Part shown: positions 63,901 to 64,000 of the stretch, in pieces
How the letters are laid out: every line of letters begins with the position of its first letter
How positions within the stretch are numbered: position 1 is the first letter of the stretch
The notes under the pieces: generated by a model
Databases searched by the model: none
Seen by the model: only the letters and a program-made list of their open reading frames with translations
Told to the model about the DNA's origin: nothing
Translations under genes and position numbers: made by a program
Source: Octopus bimaculoides
Taxonomy: Eukaryota
Direction of reading: 5' to 3'
DNA: 64,000 bases
Assembly (NCBI RefSeq): GCF_001194135.2
Contig: NC_068990.1
Span: 81,670,233 to 81,734,232, forward strand

Positions 63901-64000
63901 GACCTTTGCAACAATTGAACTTAGTGAAATAATATCAACTGCAGAAGTCACCATCAACCATTGGCAATGTTGTTGAAATGCAAGAACAATTGTCAGTTCA

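Overview
AT-rich, gapped eukaryotic genomic DNA that is mostly intronic or intergenic. It is dominated by microsatellites ((TA)n, (TG)n, (CAT)n, (CTT/CCT)n, (CAC)n), assembly gaps and interspersed repeats. The repeat landscape resembles Octopus/coleoid cephalopod DNA (inference). No complete protein-coding gene, rRNA, true tRNA gene or CRISPR array is supported, and most ORFs in the track are microsatellite or N-gap artefacts. Mobile elements seen: several SINE or SINE-like families, a solo LTR inserted in a SINE, at least 7 3'-end fragments of one CR1/Zenon-like LINE family, a hAT-Charlie MITE with a perfect 8-bp TSD, two TTAA-flanked MITEs, two DD37D (maT-type) Tc1/mariner relics, a mariner MITE, a decayed Tigger transposon, a Penelope GIY-YIG fragment with an internal inversion, and a hAT transposase relic. 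The best finds are (1) a ~190-bp foldback at 31.47-31.66 kb carrying two inverted minimal type I hammerhead ribozyme motifs, one with an intact core, and (2) two probable paralogous minus-strand exons (903-971 and 1217-1306) of an unidentified host gene. All alignments were done by eye, and family names are inferences unless a diagnostic motif is quoted.
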